Of a stretch of 64,000 nt of DNA, positions 42,201 to 51,619 are shown piece by piece (the first letter of the stretch is position 1; each line of letters opens with the position of its first letter). The stretch spans positions 32,001-96,000 of the forward strand of contig CALSSJ010000012.1 of the NCBI GenBank assembly GCA_943788985.1, written 5' to 3'. A program made the position numbers and the translations under genes. Source of the stretch: an uncultured Lentisphaerales bacterium (lineage in GTDB: Bacteria; Verrucomicrobiota; Lentisphaeria; JABSQK01; UBA12247). The notes beneath the pieces were generated by a model. The model was not told the origin of the DNA. It did no database searches and saw only the letters and a program-made list of their open reading frames with translations.

Positions 42201-44550
42201 AAAGCGAATTTTGTCTTGCCCGTCACGGGAGATCTTCACCGTCTTGCCAGCGCTGTTGCTGACGCTAGCAGCCCCGAGCCCGGCACAGGCCACGCGGCAT
42301 TCGCCGCCATTCCTAGAGACAACGGAAACAGCGGTGGCTTGGCCATCGGCCCACTTGGCGGAGACCACAAAGTTCCCGCGGGCCACCAGGCCGTCAAAAT
42401 GCCCAGTGCTCCATGACTTCGGCAGCGCAGGCAGAATGTTGATGGTGCCTTCATGGCTTTGCAGCAGCATCTCGGCCACACCGGCCATGGTGCCTAGGTT
42501 GCCATCGATCTGGAAGGGGGGGTGCAGAGCCCAAAGGTTGGTTGCTGTGCGGGTGCTAATAAATTGCGCGTAAGCCTCGCGCGCCTTGTCACCCTCGCCA
42601 AGCCGGGCGCGGCAGTTCATGCGGTGAGCTAGGGCCCAACCGGTGGTTTTGTTACCGCGCAGATCCAGTGTTTTGCTCGCTGCTTGCATCCACTCCGGCT
42701 GGTTGGACTTGATCATTGTGCCCGGGTAGAGGGTGCAAAGGTGGGAGATGTGGCGGTGGGTTGGCGCGCCGATGTCACTGTAGTTCGTTTCTTCGCGGTA
42801 TTCCTTGATCTGGCCGCTGGCACCCACCAGAACCGGATCGAGCCTGACGACCTGCTCACGGATGATCTCAAGGAAGGGATCCTCACTATCTAGTTCATCA
42901 GCCATCTTCAGCGTGTCGGCATAGCTTTCCCAGACAAAACCCTGGTCGAAGGTGCAGCCGGCAAAGATATATTTCTTTCCTTCTTTATATCCCGGGAGGG
43001 CCTTCAATTGCTCTGCTGAAGCACGCTGTTCCGGTGAGGCCGACGGCTCAACCAGCAGTAGCTCACCGTGTGGCTTCAGCGCCTTGGAGTAAAATTTACT
43101 CAAGGACAGCATCGCTGGATAGCCGACCTCCTTAAGAAATGCACGATCCTGAGTGAAGTCGTAATAATCCACCAGTAATTTGGCGGTAAAGCCGCCGGTG
43201 CCCGGGCCGGAATGGCCGCCGGCACTGGGAACATAGTAAGCATTGGCTCCGGTTCCGATGATCCAGCCATTATCTTCACCTTTGTTGAGCTGGCCCGGAT
43301 TGTGCTTACGCACATAGTCGGTGGCATGCTGCTGTGCGATCGGGAGATAGGCCTCGAAAAAGCCAATATAGGCTTCGAAACACTCGGCTAGATTGGCGCT
43401 CATTGATCCCCAGTAATTCATCTGCACATTGATGTTGTGCCAGAAGCCTCCCGTCCACGGCGAATAATAATCCTGGCACCAGGCCCCCTGCAGATTGGCG
43501 GGCAGACTGTTTTGGCGTGAGCTCGAAATGAGCAGGTAGCGGCCATACTGGAACATCAGTTCTTCAAGCCAGTTGTCCCTTTTGCCTTTTTGATATTTCT
43601 CGAGAAGGATGTGGGTCGGGTCACTTGTTGGTTTTGAGTTCAGGTTCACCGAGACACGGCCAAAGAGATTTTGATAATCACTGAGGTGCCTCTTTTTGAG
43701 CTCGGCATAGCCCAAGTCATGAGCTGCTTGCATGCGGGCTGAAACAGCATCGTGCGGAAACTCATCTCGGGTTGAGTTTTTTGCACCGGAATTACTGAAG
43801 GTCTTCGCGCTGAGGCGGTAGTTGGTTCCGCTTGTAATCAGCAGCGTGACCGCATCGGCCTTGTTGACTTCGATGGTTCCGTTCTTCGCATCAGTAGTCA
43901 CCGAGCCGCCTTCATTAAGCACCTTGATTTGTCCCTCGTAGTTACAGCTAAACATAGGCATCGAGCCCTTGAGAGTGAGAAGATTTCCCGCTGCCGTGAT
44001 CTTGCCATTGCGCTGCTTCAGCGCAAGATAGGGGATCTCTGGACGCACGGTAAAGGAGAGCGCCCCTTTCTGATCAGCAGTAAGGCGGATGGCGATGACA
44101 TTGTCCGGGTAAGAAGCAAGATACTCTCGTTGATAGCGCACCCCGTCTTTCTCGTAGGAGACGTGGGCGATGGCGTCGTTCAGGTTGAGCGAGCGGCGGT
44201 AGTTCTTCACCTCGTCCTGGTTAAAATCGAGAAAGAGCTCGGCGAAGCTGGTGAGGCCTCCTTTGCCGTATATCCCCTTGTTATGAAGCGTTTTATCCGT
44301 GATCTGAACACGCTCGGTATCCGTCCGCCCGAAGATAGAAACTCCAGTATAGCCATTGCCAATGGGGTAAGACCATCTTTCCCAGTCCCGGTCATAGGAC
44401 TTTGGCCTTTTACTGTCCTTGGTCGCCTCCCAATTGACTTCTGCCGTTGTTAGGGGCGGGTTCGAGTTCCCAGAGTTCGTAGGTTCTGGGCGAAGCCCCG
44501 GCGAAAGACGTCAGTGCCAGGCTAGCGGCCAAAAATAGTTGTAGTTTCAT
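39255..44550 (-). CDS. GH95 alpha-L-fucosidase fused to a right-handed beta-helix (GH141-like) domain, a PDZ domain and a C-terminal domain; frameshift near 44440
   Basis: The signal peptide starts at 44550 in another frame. After the shift the frame reads WSYPIGNG...FQYGRYLLISSSR, PANLQG, NINVQMNYW, HRHISHL and FQIDGN (GH95). It then reads YVSPNGND, QLFVDG...ARYPN and DLDDGSS (beta-helix), followed by GLLEGDVVQQVNG (PDZ). Confidence 0.85.
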
Positions 44551-44667
44551 GGGTGTTCCGATAATTTTCAGGGAAATTTTAAGCTGAGTTCGATGCTGCC
44601 GAGCATCGGCTTCGATTGGTTGTCCGTTGCATCCTTGATCCGCAGGTAAAGTACGCTTCATGACTGG

Positions 44668-45399
44668 TCAATCGATAAGGATCGCGCCTGTTACGTGGTT
44701 GTACTCGTTCACAAGCTCGGCGAAGTCTGCCCCAGAGACATGGCCATCAGCAAAGAGAGTGTTCGCCTTGTTGGCATGCCGGAGATGCGTCTTTTGAGCA
44801 GCACCGTTTGACGTCGGCCTAATGAAATAGCACTGCATAGCAGCACTGCGCTCACGACTGTCAGCGGCAATAACCCGTGTGGTGGGAGAGAGAATTGGGG
44901 CCAGGCGCCAGCCAGGAGGATTCGCAGAGCTGCCGGTTGGCTGCCAGCCGGATAGGCTCTGTTCCACATGATTCGCCATGCCGTAGGTATAGTCTCTCGC
45001 TGAATTAGGCGCCGTCGGCAACCATGTATTCGTCCTCGGGCCCATGGGGCAAAGCATAACCGTAGTGTCCCCTATTTCAGGAGTGGGCAGATACCCGTTT
45101 GCGTATGTATTTTCTGGCCAATGAGGCTTTTTGTGCCTCGAGCCCGGTTGGTTCATGCGGGGCAGAAAATCATCTGCATCAGCGGCATAGGTCATCCAAG
45201 CTGCACCGACCTGTTTCAAGTTATTTAAGCATGTACTGCTTCTTGCGGCCGTTCTCGCCTTTGCGAGGGAGGGCAGGAGCAGCGATGCCAGTATCGCAAG
45301 AATAGTAACGACCACCAGTAACTCTATCAGCGTGAAGCTGCTGCTGTTTCTCTTCGGGAAATCGCACGTATGCCGGTTACCCTGCTGCCTGTGTTTCAT
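44668..45399 (-). CDS. Prepilin-type N-terminal/H-X9-DG domain protein
   Basis: [25 protein letters not shown]...[21 protein letters not shown]. Start is approximate. Confidence 0.9.
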   Translation of the reverse strand: MKHRQQGNRHTCDFPKRNSSSFTLIELLVVVTILAILASLLLPSLAKARTAARSSTCLNNLKQVGAAWMTYAADADDFLPRMNQPGSRHKKPHWPENTYANGYLPTPEIGDTTVMLCPMGPRTNTWLPTAPNSARDYTYGMANHVEQSLSGWQPTGSSANPPGWRLAPILSPTTRVIAADSRERSAAMQCYFIRPTSNGAAQKTHLRHANKANTLFADGHVSGADFAELVNEYNHVTGAILID

Positions 45400-45603
45400 T
45401 TTCTTGCCCTTGCATTCATGCAGCCTTCCGAAAACGGGCCCGTATTTAGCAACGTCCTCTGCACTGAATAGCCCGCAGGACTCGTTTGCTGCTTCGGCGG
45501 CCATGATGCCCGCTATCAGTGTACCGTCCTCGCGTCCCATCGCTCTCGTTGTCTGTCCAGTGTGCAACCCTTGCCACCAAGAAGATAATCCGACAAAATT
45601 TGA

Positions 45604-45640
45604 AAGATAGCCATTATTGTCCGGATTTCAATCGTTAACA
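45604..45640 (-). promoter_or_regulatory. Putative sigma70 promoter (TTGAAA-N16-TATCTT) overlapped by operator copy 2
   Basis: Minus strand TGTTAACGA-TTGAAA-TCCGGACAATAATGGC-TATCTT; near-duplicate of 49742-49778. Confidence 0.65.
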
Positions 45641-45701
45641 TTTGGTATTTCTCGACTTTGCATGCGAGGGATTTAGTAGAAACGGACTGCTAGCGTTACT
45701 A

Positions 45702-45836
45702 TTTCCCTTGTTAGGCTATTTCAGCGATGTCCTGAACGGAATTGACTGCCCCGTGTTCGAACACGGGTATGCGATGATCATTCGCACCACTCAGAACCTG
45801 TATACCGCCATCGAGGACAAAATCGAGGCACAATGA
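45702..45836 (+). pseudogene. Internal fragment of a duplicate LacI-family regulator
   Basis: FPLLGYFSDVLNGIDCPVFEHGYAMIIRTTQNLYTAIEDKIEAQ aligns without gaps to IPLIGYFSHVLSGIHSTLFEHGYAVIIGTPPKLNTASDDQTEAQ of the LacI at 50122-50253. Confidence 0.85.
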
Positions 45837-46407
45837 TGCCGCTCGGGTTCTAGCCGGAATCTCCGGGCAAGTCGGGCTTTCCAGCGCTGCCTGCACGAGC
45901 GCTGGCTTTCGCCGCCGCCTAGGACGATTGCCCGGTAGTCCACGGCGTCCTGCCTCCCATGCGGCCCGTGTCCGCAAATCCCATAGATCTTGACCTAGCG
46001 GAAATCCCCGCGGCACCAATCTTCCTGGTCTTCGTCTTCGAAGCGGACAGTATTCGCTGCGTGACTCCTTCGAGGGGACCGGCCAGGTGGACGATAGGGA
46101 CGACGATTCTCACCATCCCCTACCTCTCTCATCGAACTCTCTCCTCAACCCAATCCGATACAACATGGGTAGGAGGACGAGGACGATCGGTATCGATTTT
46201 ATTTTCCGAGCCGTGCGGATGATCCTCGCTCAGGCCAGCGGGCACCGGCGTCCAAAACAGGAAAAACCCGTAGGGCGCGGGCCTTTTGGCGTTTGAGTGG
46301 CCGGCCCGAAACAACGATGCGTGGACATATTCATTTAACAGAAATCGCCGGAGAAATGCGCAAATTAGAACGGTTTTGCAGCCGGTGACGCTAAGTCCGC
46401 AAGACTG

Positions 46408-47907
46408 CTAGCGCGTGGATTTTTCTTTTTGAATTTCAGCGAGACGCGTCTCCATCTGCCGGGCGCGTTCTGGATACTGATCAAGCACATTGATCCGCTC
46501 ACCGAGATCGCCGGAAAGATCGAACAACAGTGCACCTGCATCGAGTGAGTTGCCTTGCCACAGTTTCTTGTACCACTCAGGCGCCTTGGTGATTCCCCCC
46601 GGCCGCAGATAGGCCCAATTCTCCTGTCGAAGTCCCAGCGTGCCATTGGCAGCATGGTAGACCAGCTCGTTGCGGACCGACTCACCCGCACGCAGTGCAG
46701 GCAGTATATCCAGACTGTCTTCGGCAACACCTTCTTCCAGCGGCGCTCCAACCACTCCGGCAATTGTGGCGAACAGATCGGCCAGCGAAATCAGCGCCTC
46801 GATCTTACGACCACCACTGACTCCGCCCTCCGGCCAGGAGGCGATAAAGGGCACCCGGTGCCCGCCTTCGAGCAGATCACGCTTCAAGCCGCGCAGCGGT
46901 CCGGAAGGATGGTGCTGATGCGATTGAATCAGCTCGCGCATGAACGGAGCAGGGCCATTATCACTGGAGACGATCAGCAGGGTGCTTTCATATACGCCGG
47001 CGGCCTTCAGGCCCGCCACAACTTGCCCGACTGCGTTATCCGTCTGGGCAACATAATCTCCATAGGGGCCGGCTTCGCTGACACCTTGAAACTCCGCTAG
47101 CGGCACAATGGGCGTATGTGGCGATGTGGTGCCGAACAGCAGGAAGAATGGAGCGGGTGTTTTGCTCTGTGCCTGAATAGTTTCGACCGCTTTGGCCGTA
47201 ATGGCCGGCATGACCTGGGCCAGTTGCCAATTCTTTTCGCCGGGGCCGACGCCGTGAATATACCCGCCCCCCCTCATTTGCTGCTTCATCAAAGCCCGGC
47301 CGTTCACATCGACTGGATCGCAGGTCAAGCGGTCATTTTCGATGAACGCATAAGGTGGCATGTTCGGTACATCATCGCCGAAATAATAATCAAATCCAGC
47401 GCCCAGCGGCCCACCCTGAATGGGTTTGGACCAGTCAAACAAATCACAGGTCGCCGTGCTGGTTCCTTTGCCGATAACCGACGCAGGCGGTTTTGCGCCG
47501 CCTTTCCATGGCCAGTCAAAGCCGAGATGCCACTTGCCGACACACGCCGTGAAATAGCCCCTACTCTGCAGGATTTTCGGCAGCGTGACGCGATCGTTTT
47601 CAATGGCGGATTCTTTCCACGGGTTCAAACGTCCGATTTTTGTGCGCCAAGAATAACGCCCCGTCAACATGGCATAGCGACTGGGGCTGCAGACGGTACT
47701 GGGCGAATGCGCATCCGTGGCCCAGACCCCAGCCTTGGCCAGGGCATCCATGTGCGGGGTTTTGACTTTCGACTCTGCATTAAGGAACGAGACATCCCCA
47801 TAACCGAGATCATCCGTCAACACGATCACAATGTTTGGTTTCTCAGCTGCCTGCAGCGAGAGAACGGTCGAAATCATGCAGAGGACGGTTACGAAATACG
47901 TACGCAT
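46408..47907 (-). CDS. Arylsulfatase-like sulfatase (S1)
   Basis: PNIVIVLTDDLG, CSPSRYAMLTGRY, GKWHLG, EGGHRVPF. Confidence 0.92.
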   Translation of the reverse strand: MRTYFVTVLCMISTVLSLQAAEKPNIVIVLTDDLGYGDVSFLNAESKVKTPHMDALAKAGVWATDAHSPSTVCSPSRYAMLTGRYSWRTKIGRLNPWKESAIENDRVTLPKILQSRGYFTACVGKWHLGFDWPWKGGAKPPASVIGKGTSTATCDLFDWSKPIQGGPLGAGFDYYFGDDVPNMPPYAFIENDRLTCDPVDVNGRALMKQQMRGGGYIHGVGPGEKNWQLAQVMPAITAKAVETIQAQSKTPAPFFLLFGTTSPHTPIVPLAEFQGVSEAGPYGDYVAQTDNAVGQVVAGLKAAGVYESTLLIVSSDNGPAPFMRELIQSHQHHPSGPLRGLKRDLLEGGHRVPFIASWPEGGVSGGRKIEALISLADLFATIAGVVGAPLEEGVAEDSLDILPALRAGESVRNELVYHAANGTLGLRQENWAYLRPGGITKAPEWYKKLWQGNSLDAGALLFDLSGDLGERINVLDQYPERARQMETRLAEIQKEKSTR

Positions 47908-47932
47908 ATAGTCTACCTATTGGGCTTCCAAG

Positions 47933-49705
47933 TTATCGATTCAGCGCAGCTTTTCGTGACTTATCCTGCTGCTTGCGCAGAATAATCGCCCGCAAGTTGA
48001 AGAGCACGTTGCCTGCCTGTTTTTGCAAGCTCAAGCCAGTGCGCCCCACTCCGGGCACGGCCATCTCTCCAATGGTCAGCATTTGGTAATCGCTCCAGCC
48101 CGACGTCGCCGGAACCGTAGCGGAAAGTTCTCCTGCACCGCATGTCAGCCCGAACCTTGCTCCGGCATGTGCTGGAGCGAGTGCATAGAGTAGTTCGACA
48201 GTATAGACCGCATCCTGCGATACATTCTCGAACTCCCAGCTGGCCCGGTTGGCGTTGGAGCTCCAGCGCCCCAGATTCTTCTTCTCTTTCCCGGCCAGAG
48301 CCAACGGCCCCCGACCTCCGATCACCGCTTCCTCTGCCGCCAAATAGACGTCGCCTTCCTTCAACTCCAGCTGATCCGATTTACGGAACACCTCAAGCCC
48401 CCCTTCAAACTCCAGTCGAATCAGTGGAGCTGGTCCTGCTGGTTGCTGCGCGGGCAGAATGATTTCGACACTCTTTTCGCCGGAGGTGACTCGGAGCTCC
48501 TGCTCTTTAGCCCCCAGCAAGGATGCGCGAGTTGCCTGCAATTTGACGCCCTCCAGAACCAGCTTTCCAGCCGCAGGCCAATTGAACACATGCAGGTAAA
48601 GCGACTGCCCTTTCTGCGTCAGGCGGCCCCAGGACGGCTGGGATATTTCGGAACTATCCGTGCCGTAGATGCCTTCGCCCGCAACCTGCATCCAGCGCCC
48701 GATTTCCTGTAGCTGAGCGGTACTGGCTTCGGGAAAGGTCCCGTCCGGCTTCGGACCGACGTTCAGCAGCAAGTTGCCGCCCTTGGAAACGATGTCGCAC
48801 AGTTTTTCGACCAGCTCCTGCGTCGATTTCCAGTTGGTATCGGCTTTCTTAAAGCCCCAGGAGTGATTGATCGTCCAGCAGGCCTCCCAGTCATAGCCCA
48901 GATCCATCCCGGGGGTGGCCTGCTCAGGCGTACCAAAGTCGCGCTTGAATTGATCGCGCTTTGAAACGCGGTTGTTAATAAGTATCGAGGGTTTGAGCTC
49001 ACGGATAAAGGCATACAGATCTGCGCCGTCCTCCAGGCTCCACCACTTTTTCCAATCCCCGTCAAACCACAGAATATCCGTATCATATTTTTGGATCAAT
49101 TCGCGGATCTGGTCCTTCATGTACTGGACATACTTCGCTTTGCCCCCGCCTCTTAAGAATTCAGCACCCTTCGTTGGATACTCCCAATCGATCAGGGAGT
49201 AGTAGGTGCCGAAGCGAACTCCATACTTTTTGCAAGCTGCGCTCAGCTCCGCCAGCGGGTCGAAATCCAGCCCAGACAGATCCTTGATATCATAATCGGT
49301 ATAGGCACTGTCCCACAGGCAAAACCCGTCATGATGCTTGGTGGTGATCACGAAATACTTCATGCCCGCATCACGGGCGCTGCGTACCCAGCTGTCCGCA
49401 TCAAAGTGGTCCGGGTTGAATTGTTCGCAGACCTTCCGGTGATCGGCCTGCGAAATCTTCCCATTCCAGCGGATCCACTCGGCATAGCCCTTAATGGTCT
49501 TGCCCTGCCATTCGCCGCCGAGAACCGAATAGGCGCCCCAATGAATGAACATCCCGAAACGGGCCTCGTTGAACCACGCCATGCGCTGCGCCAGCTCCGC
49601 ATCATCTTCCCCGAGCGGATTCAAAACATCCTCCGCTGCGTGTACACCCATGCTGATCAGCAGAGCCGACACCAGCGTTACTGCTACTACAGATTTATTG
49701 ATCAT
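47933..49705 (-). CDS. Alpha-L-fucosidase (GH29) with C-terminal carbohydrate-binding-like domain
   Basis: RFGMFIHWG, TTKHHDGFCLWDS, LWFDGDW, WEACWTINHSWG, GNLLLNVGP. Confidence 0.93.
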   Translation of the reverse strand: MINKSVVAVTLVSALLISMGVHAAEDVLNPLGEDDAELAQRMAWFNEARFGMFIHWGAYSVLGGEWQGKTIKGYAEWIRWNGKISQADHRKVCEQFNPDHFDADSWVRSARDAGMKYFVITTKHHDGFCLWDSAYTDYDIKDLSGLDFDPLAELSAACKKYGVRFGTYYSLIDWEYPTKGAEFLRGGGKAKYVQYMKDQIRELIQKYDTDILWFDGDWKKWWSLEDGADLYAFIRELKPSILINNRVSKRDQFKRDFGTPEQATPGMDLGYDWEACWTINHSWGFKKADTNWKSTQELVEKLCDIVSKGGNLLLNVGPKPDGTFPEASTAQLQEIGRWMQVAGEGIYGTDSSEISQPSWGRLTQKGQSLYLHVFNWPAAGKLVLEGVKLQATRASLLGAKEQELRVTSGEKSVEIILPAQQPAGPAPLIRLEFEGGLEVFRKSDQLELKEGDVYLAAEEAVIGGRGPLALAGKEKKNLGRWSSNANRASWEFENVSQDAVYTVELLYALAPAHAGARFGLTCGAGELSATVPATSGWSDYQMLTIGEMAVPGVGRTGLSLQKQAGNVLFNLRAIILRKQQDKSRKAALNR

Positions 49706-49741
49706 ATTTCCCTTTTTAGTTTTCGGTCCCGATCATGGCAC

Positions 49742-49778
49742 ATGATAGCCATCATTTCCTGGATTTCAATCGTTAACA
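49742..49778 (-). promoter_or_regulatory. Putative sigma70 promoter (TTGAAA-N16-TATCAT) overlapped by operator copy 3 (TTCAATCGTTAACA)
   Basis: Lies in the divergent gap between GH29 and LacI; the operator overlaps the -35 box. Confidence 0.7.
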
Positions 49779-49905
49779 TCAGTTAGATATTGGCCACTCA
49801 GGCAAGATTGGCAGAATGGTAATTTTCCCGCCATGTCATTCCTCTGAAGCAGGTGTAATATATCGCTTCTCCCGAAGACCAGGCCTCAACGCCGAGGAAC
49901 GTACC

Positions 49906-50919
49906 ATGAGAAAACAGGGCGCCGCCGTGGGCTTGCGCGACATTGCCGAAATGACCGGGGTCTCCTTGACCACGGTTTCGAAAATTCTGGGTGGGAAGGA
50001 CAAGCTTTTCGCAGACGCGACCGTGGCGCGGATCCGTCAGGCCGCCCAGCAGCTGAACTACCGTCCCAACGCTATCGCCCGCAATCTGCGGTGTGGCCGG
50101 ACCAGAACCGTAGGGGCTATGATCCCCTTGATCGGCTACTTCAGCCATGTCCTGAGCGGGATCCATTCGACCCTTTTTGAGCATGGCTACGCGGTGATTA
50201 TTGGCACGCCCCCGAAGCTAAACACCGCCAGCGATGACCAAACCGAGGCGCAGGTAATTCACCAGTTGATCGAGCGGAACGTCGACGGCATCATCCTGCG
50301 CCCCTCATCCGAACAGTTCGAGCGTGCGTATTTCGATGAGATCTGGCAGCGCAATGTACCGCTGATCGCCATAGACCGGGAGCTGTCGCTGTTCAAAACC
50401 GACTTCGTGGGCACAGACGACGAGGCAATTGGGGCTGCTGCCGCCAGGCACCTGGCCGACCTCGGCCACCGGCGTCTACTGTTCATAGGACGGGATGATG
50501 TCCAAACAGCGGAGTTGCGGGGCCTGGGATTCAGGTGTGCTGCAGGAGAGGTCGAGGGGGCGAGTTGTGCACACTTCGTGGGGGCCGGGCAGTGGCAGGA
50601 GGTCGCCTCCGTCATGCAGCGCGATGACCGCCCCACAGGCATTTTCTGCTATTCGGATGCTGTCGCGGAGAGGCTGATCACACGCCTACAGGAGTGGGGC
50701 GTGAGGGTCCCGGAGGACGTCTCGGTCATTGGCGCGGGCAATACGAAAATGGTCCGCGAACTTACCACGTTCGACCAACAGCCCTACGAGATAGGCAAAG
50801 GCGCTGCGCAGCTCTACCTGAAGCGCATAAATGAAGACACCCGCGCAGCATCCCCCACGATCATTCGTCTACCCGCCATCCTCATCCCTCGTGCTACCAC
50901 TGCCCCGCCCCCTGCTTGA
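49906..50919 (+). CDS. LacI-family transcriptional regulator
   Basis: HTH LRDIAEMTGVSLTTVSKIL, LNYRPNAIARNL, LADLGHRR, VPEDVSVIG. Confidence 0.95.
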   Translation: MRKQGAAVGLRDIAEMTGVSLTTVSKILGGKDKLFADATVARIRQAAQQLNYRPNAIARNLRCGRTRTVGAMIPLIGYFSHVLSGIHSTLFEHGYAVIIGTPPKLNTASDDQTEAQVIHQLIERNVDGIILRPSSEQFERAYFDEIWQRNVPLIAIDRELSLFKTDFVGTDDEAIGAAAARHLADLGHRRLLFIGRDDVQTAELRGLGFRCAAGEVEGASCAHFVGAGQWQEVASVMQRDDRPTGIFCYSDAVAERLITRLQEWGVRVPEDVSVIGAGNTKMVRELTTFDQQPYEIGKGAAQLYLKRINEDTRAASPTIIRLPAILIPRATTAPPPA

Positions 50920-51030
50920 ACATTCAGCCGGGACAGGTTCGGCGTTCAGCACGGTCCCGGCCATCCAAGTCCACCCTTCGAGTGTTCCGTTTCCGAGTCG
51001 CTCTGTGCTAAGGGCCCGCGCGGAAATAAC

Positions 51031-51253
51031 GTTACATTTTGCTGCTGGCCATTTTGTTTCCTGGCAAGGCGGAAGCGAGCTGGCATACCCTATGGCATGT
51101 CCCGAGCGCAGCGAGGGAGCAAAAGGGCCGCAGCCCTGCGGGGCGTGCCGGCGAACGGCCATCTGCGGCGTTGCGTCTCGCACACGTACCGGCGGGCGCG
51201 CGGCGCTCCACGCGCCTGACATCTAACCATTCGGCGCTCCCGCCAAATGTAAC
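51031..51253. repeat. Possible MITE-like non-coding element
   Basis: Imperfect terminal IR GTTACATTTTGCTG / CCGCCAAATGTAAC (12/14) around a GC-rich structured interior. Confidence 0.3.
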
Positions 51254-51281
51254 AGTCCAAACCGCCGCGGTATGAGAAAGC

Positions 51282-51600
51282 AAGGAAACTTTCCGCGAGT
51301 TCTGGAGCCAACCGACTGTCGATGCTGCCAAGTCCCACCTGACCAACTGGTGTAGGCACGCCCAGGAGAAATCCGTTACTGCGCTGACTGCCATTACCAA
51401 TATGATCACCAAGCACAGCGAAGGGGTGACCAATTTTATTGAGCAACGAAAAACCAATGCGCGCGCTGATAATCTGAAAGGTAAAATCCAGCACCTGAAG
51501 GCCTCTGCTCGCGGATTCTAGTCCTTCGACAACTACCGCACGAATATCCTCTTCCATCATGGGCACCTTGACCTCAGCCCATGAAAAATCCCGTAGTGCC
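51282..51600 (+). mobile_element. ISL3-family transposase C-terminal remnant
   Basis: KETFREFW...TNARADNLKGKIQHLKASARGF*SFDNYRTNILFHHGHLDLSP*, with an internal TAG at 51519-51521. Confidence 0.8.
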
Positions 51601-51619
51601 CGGCAAAAAGTAAAAAAAC

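Noticed and set aside
19470..45399. Diversity-generating retroelement or shufflon acting on the pilin-like or EEP paralogs
   Set aside because: There is no reverse transcriptase or site-specific recombinase, and no template/variable repeat pair differing only at adenines was seen.
46330..46368. Possible IS end (…AAATGCGCAAATTAG)
   Set aside because: Only a vague resemblance to IS1634 ends; no partner IR or transposase fragment was found.
51024..51036. AATAACGTTACA as a fourth operator copy
   Set aside because: Half-site spacing differs from the three 14-bp copies and it is not upstream of a gene.
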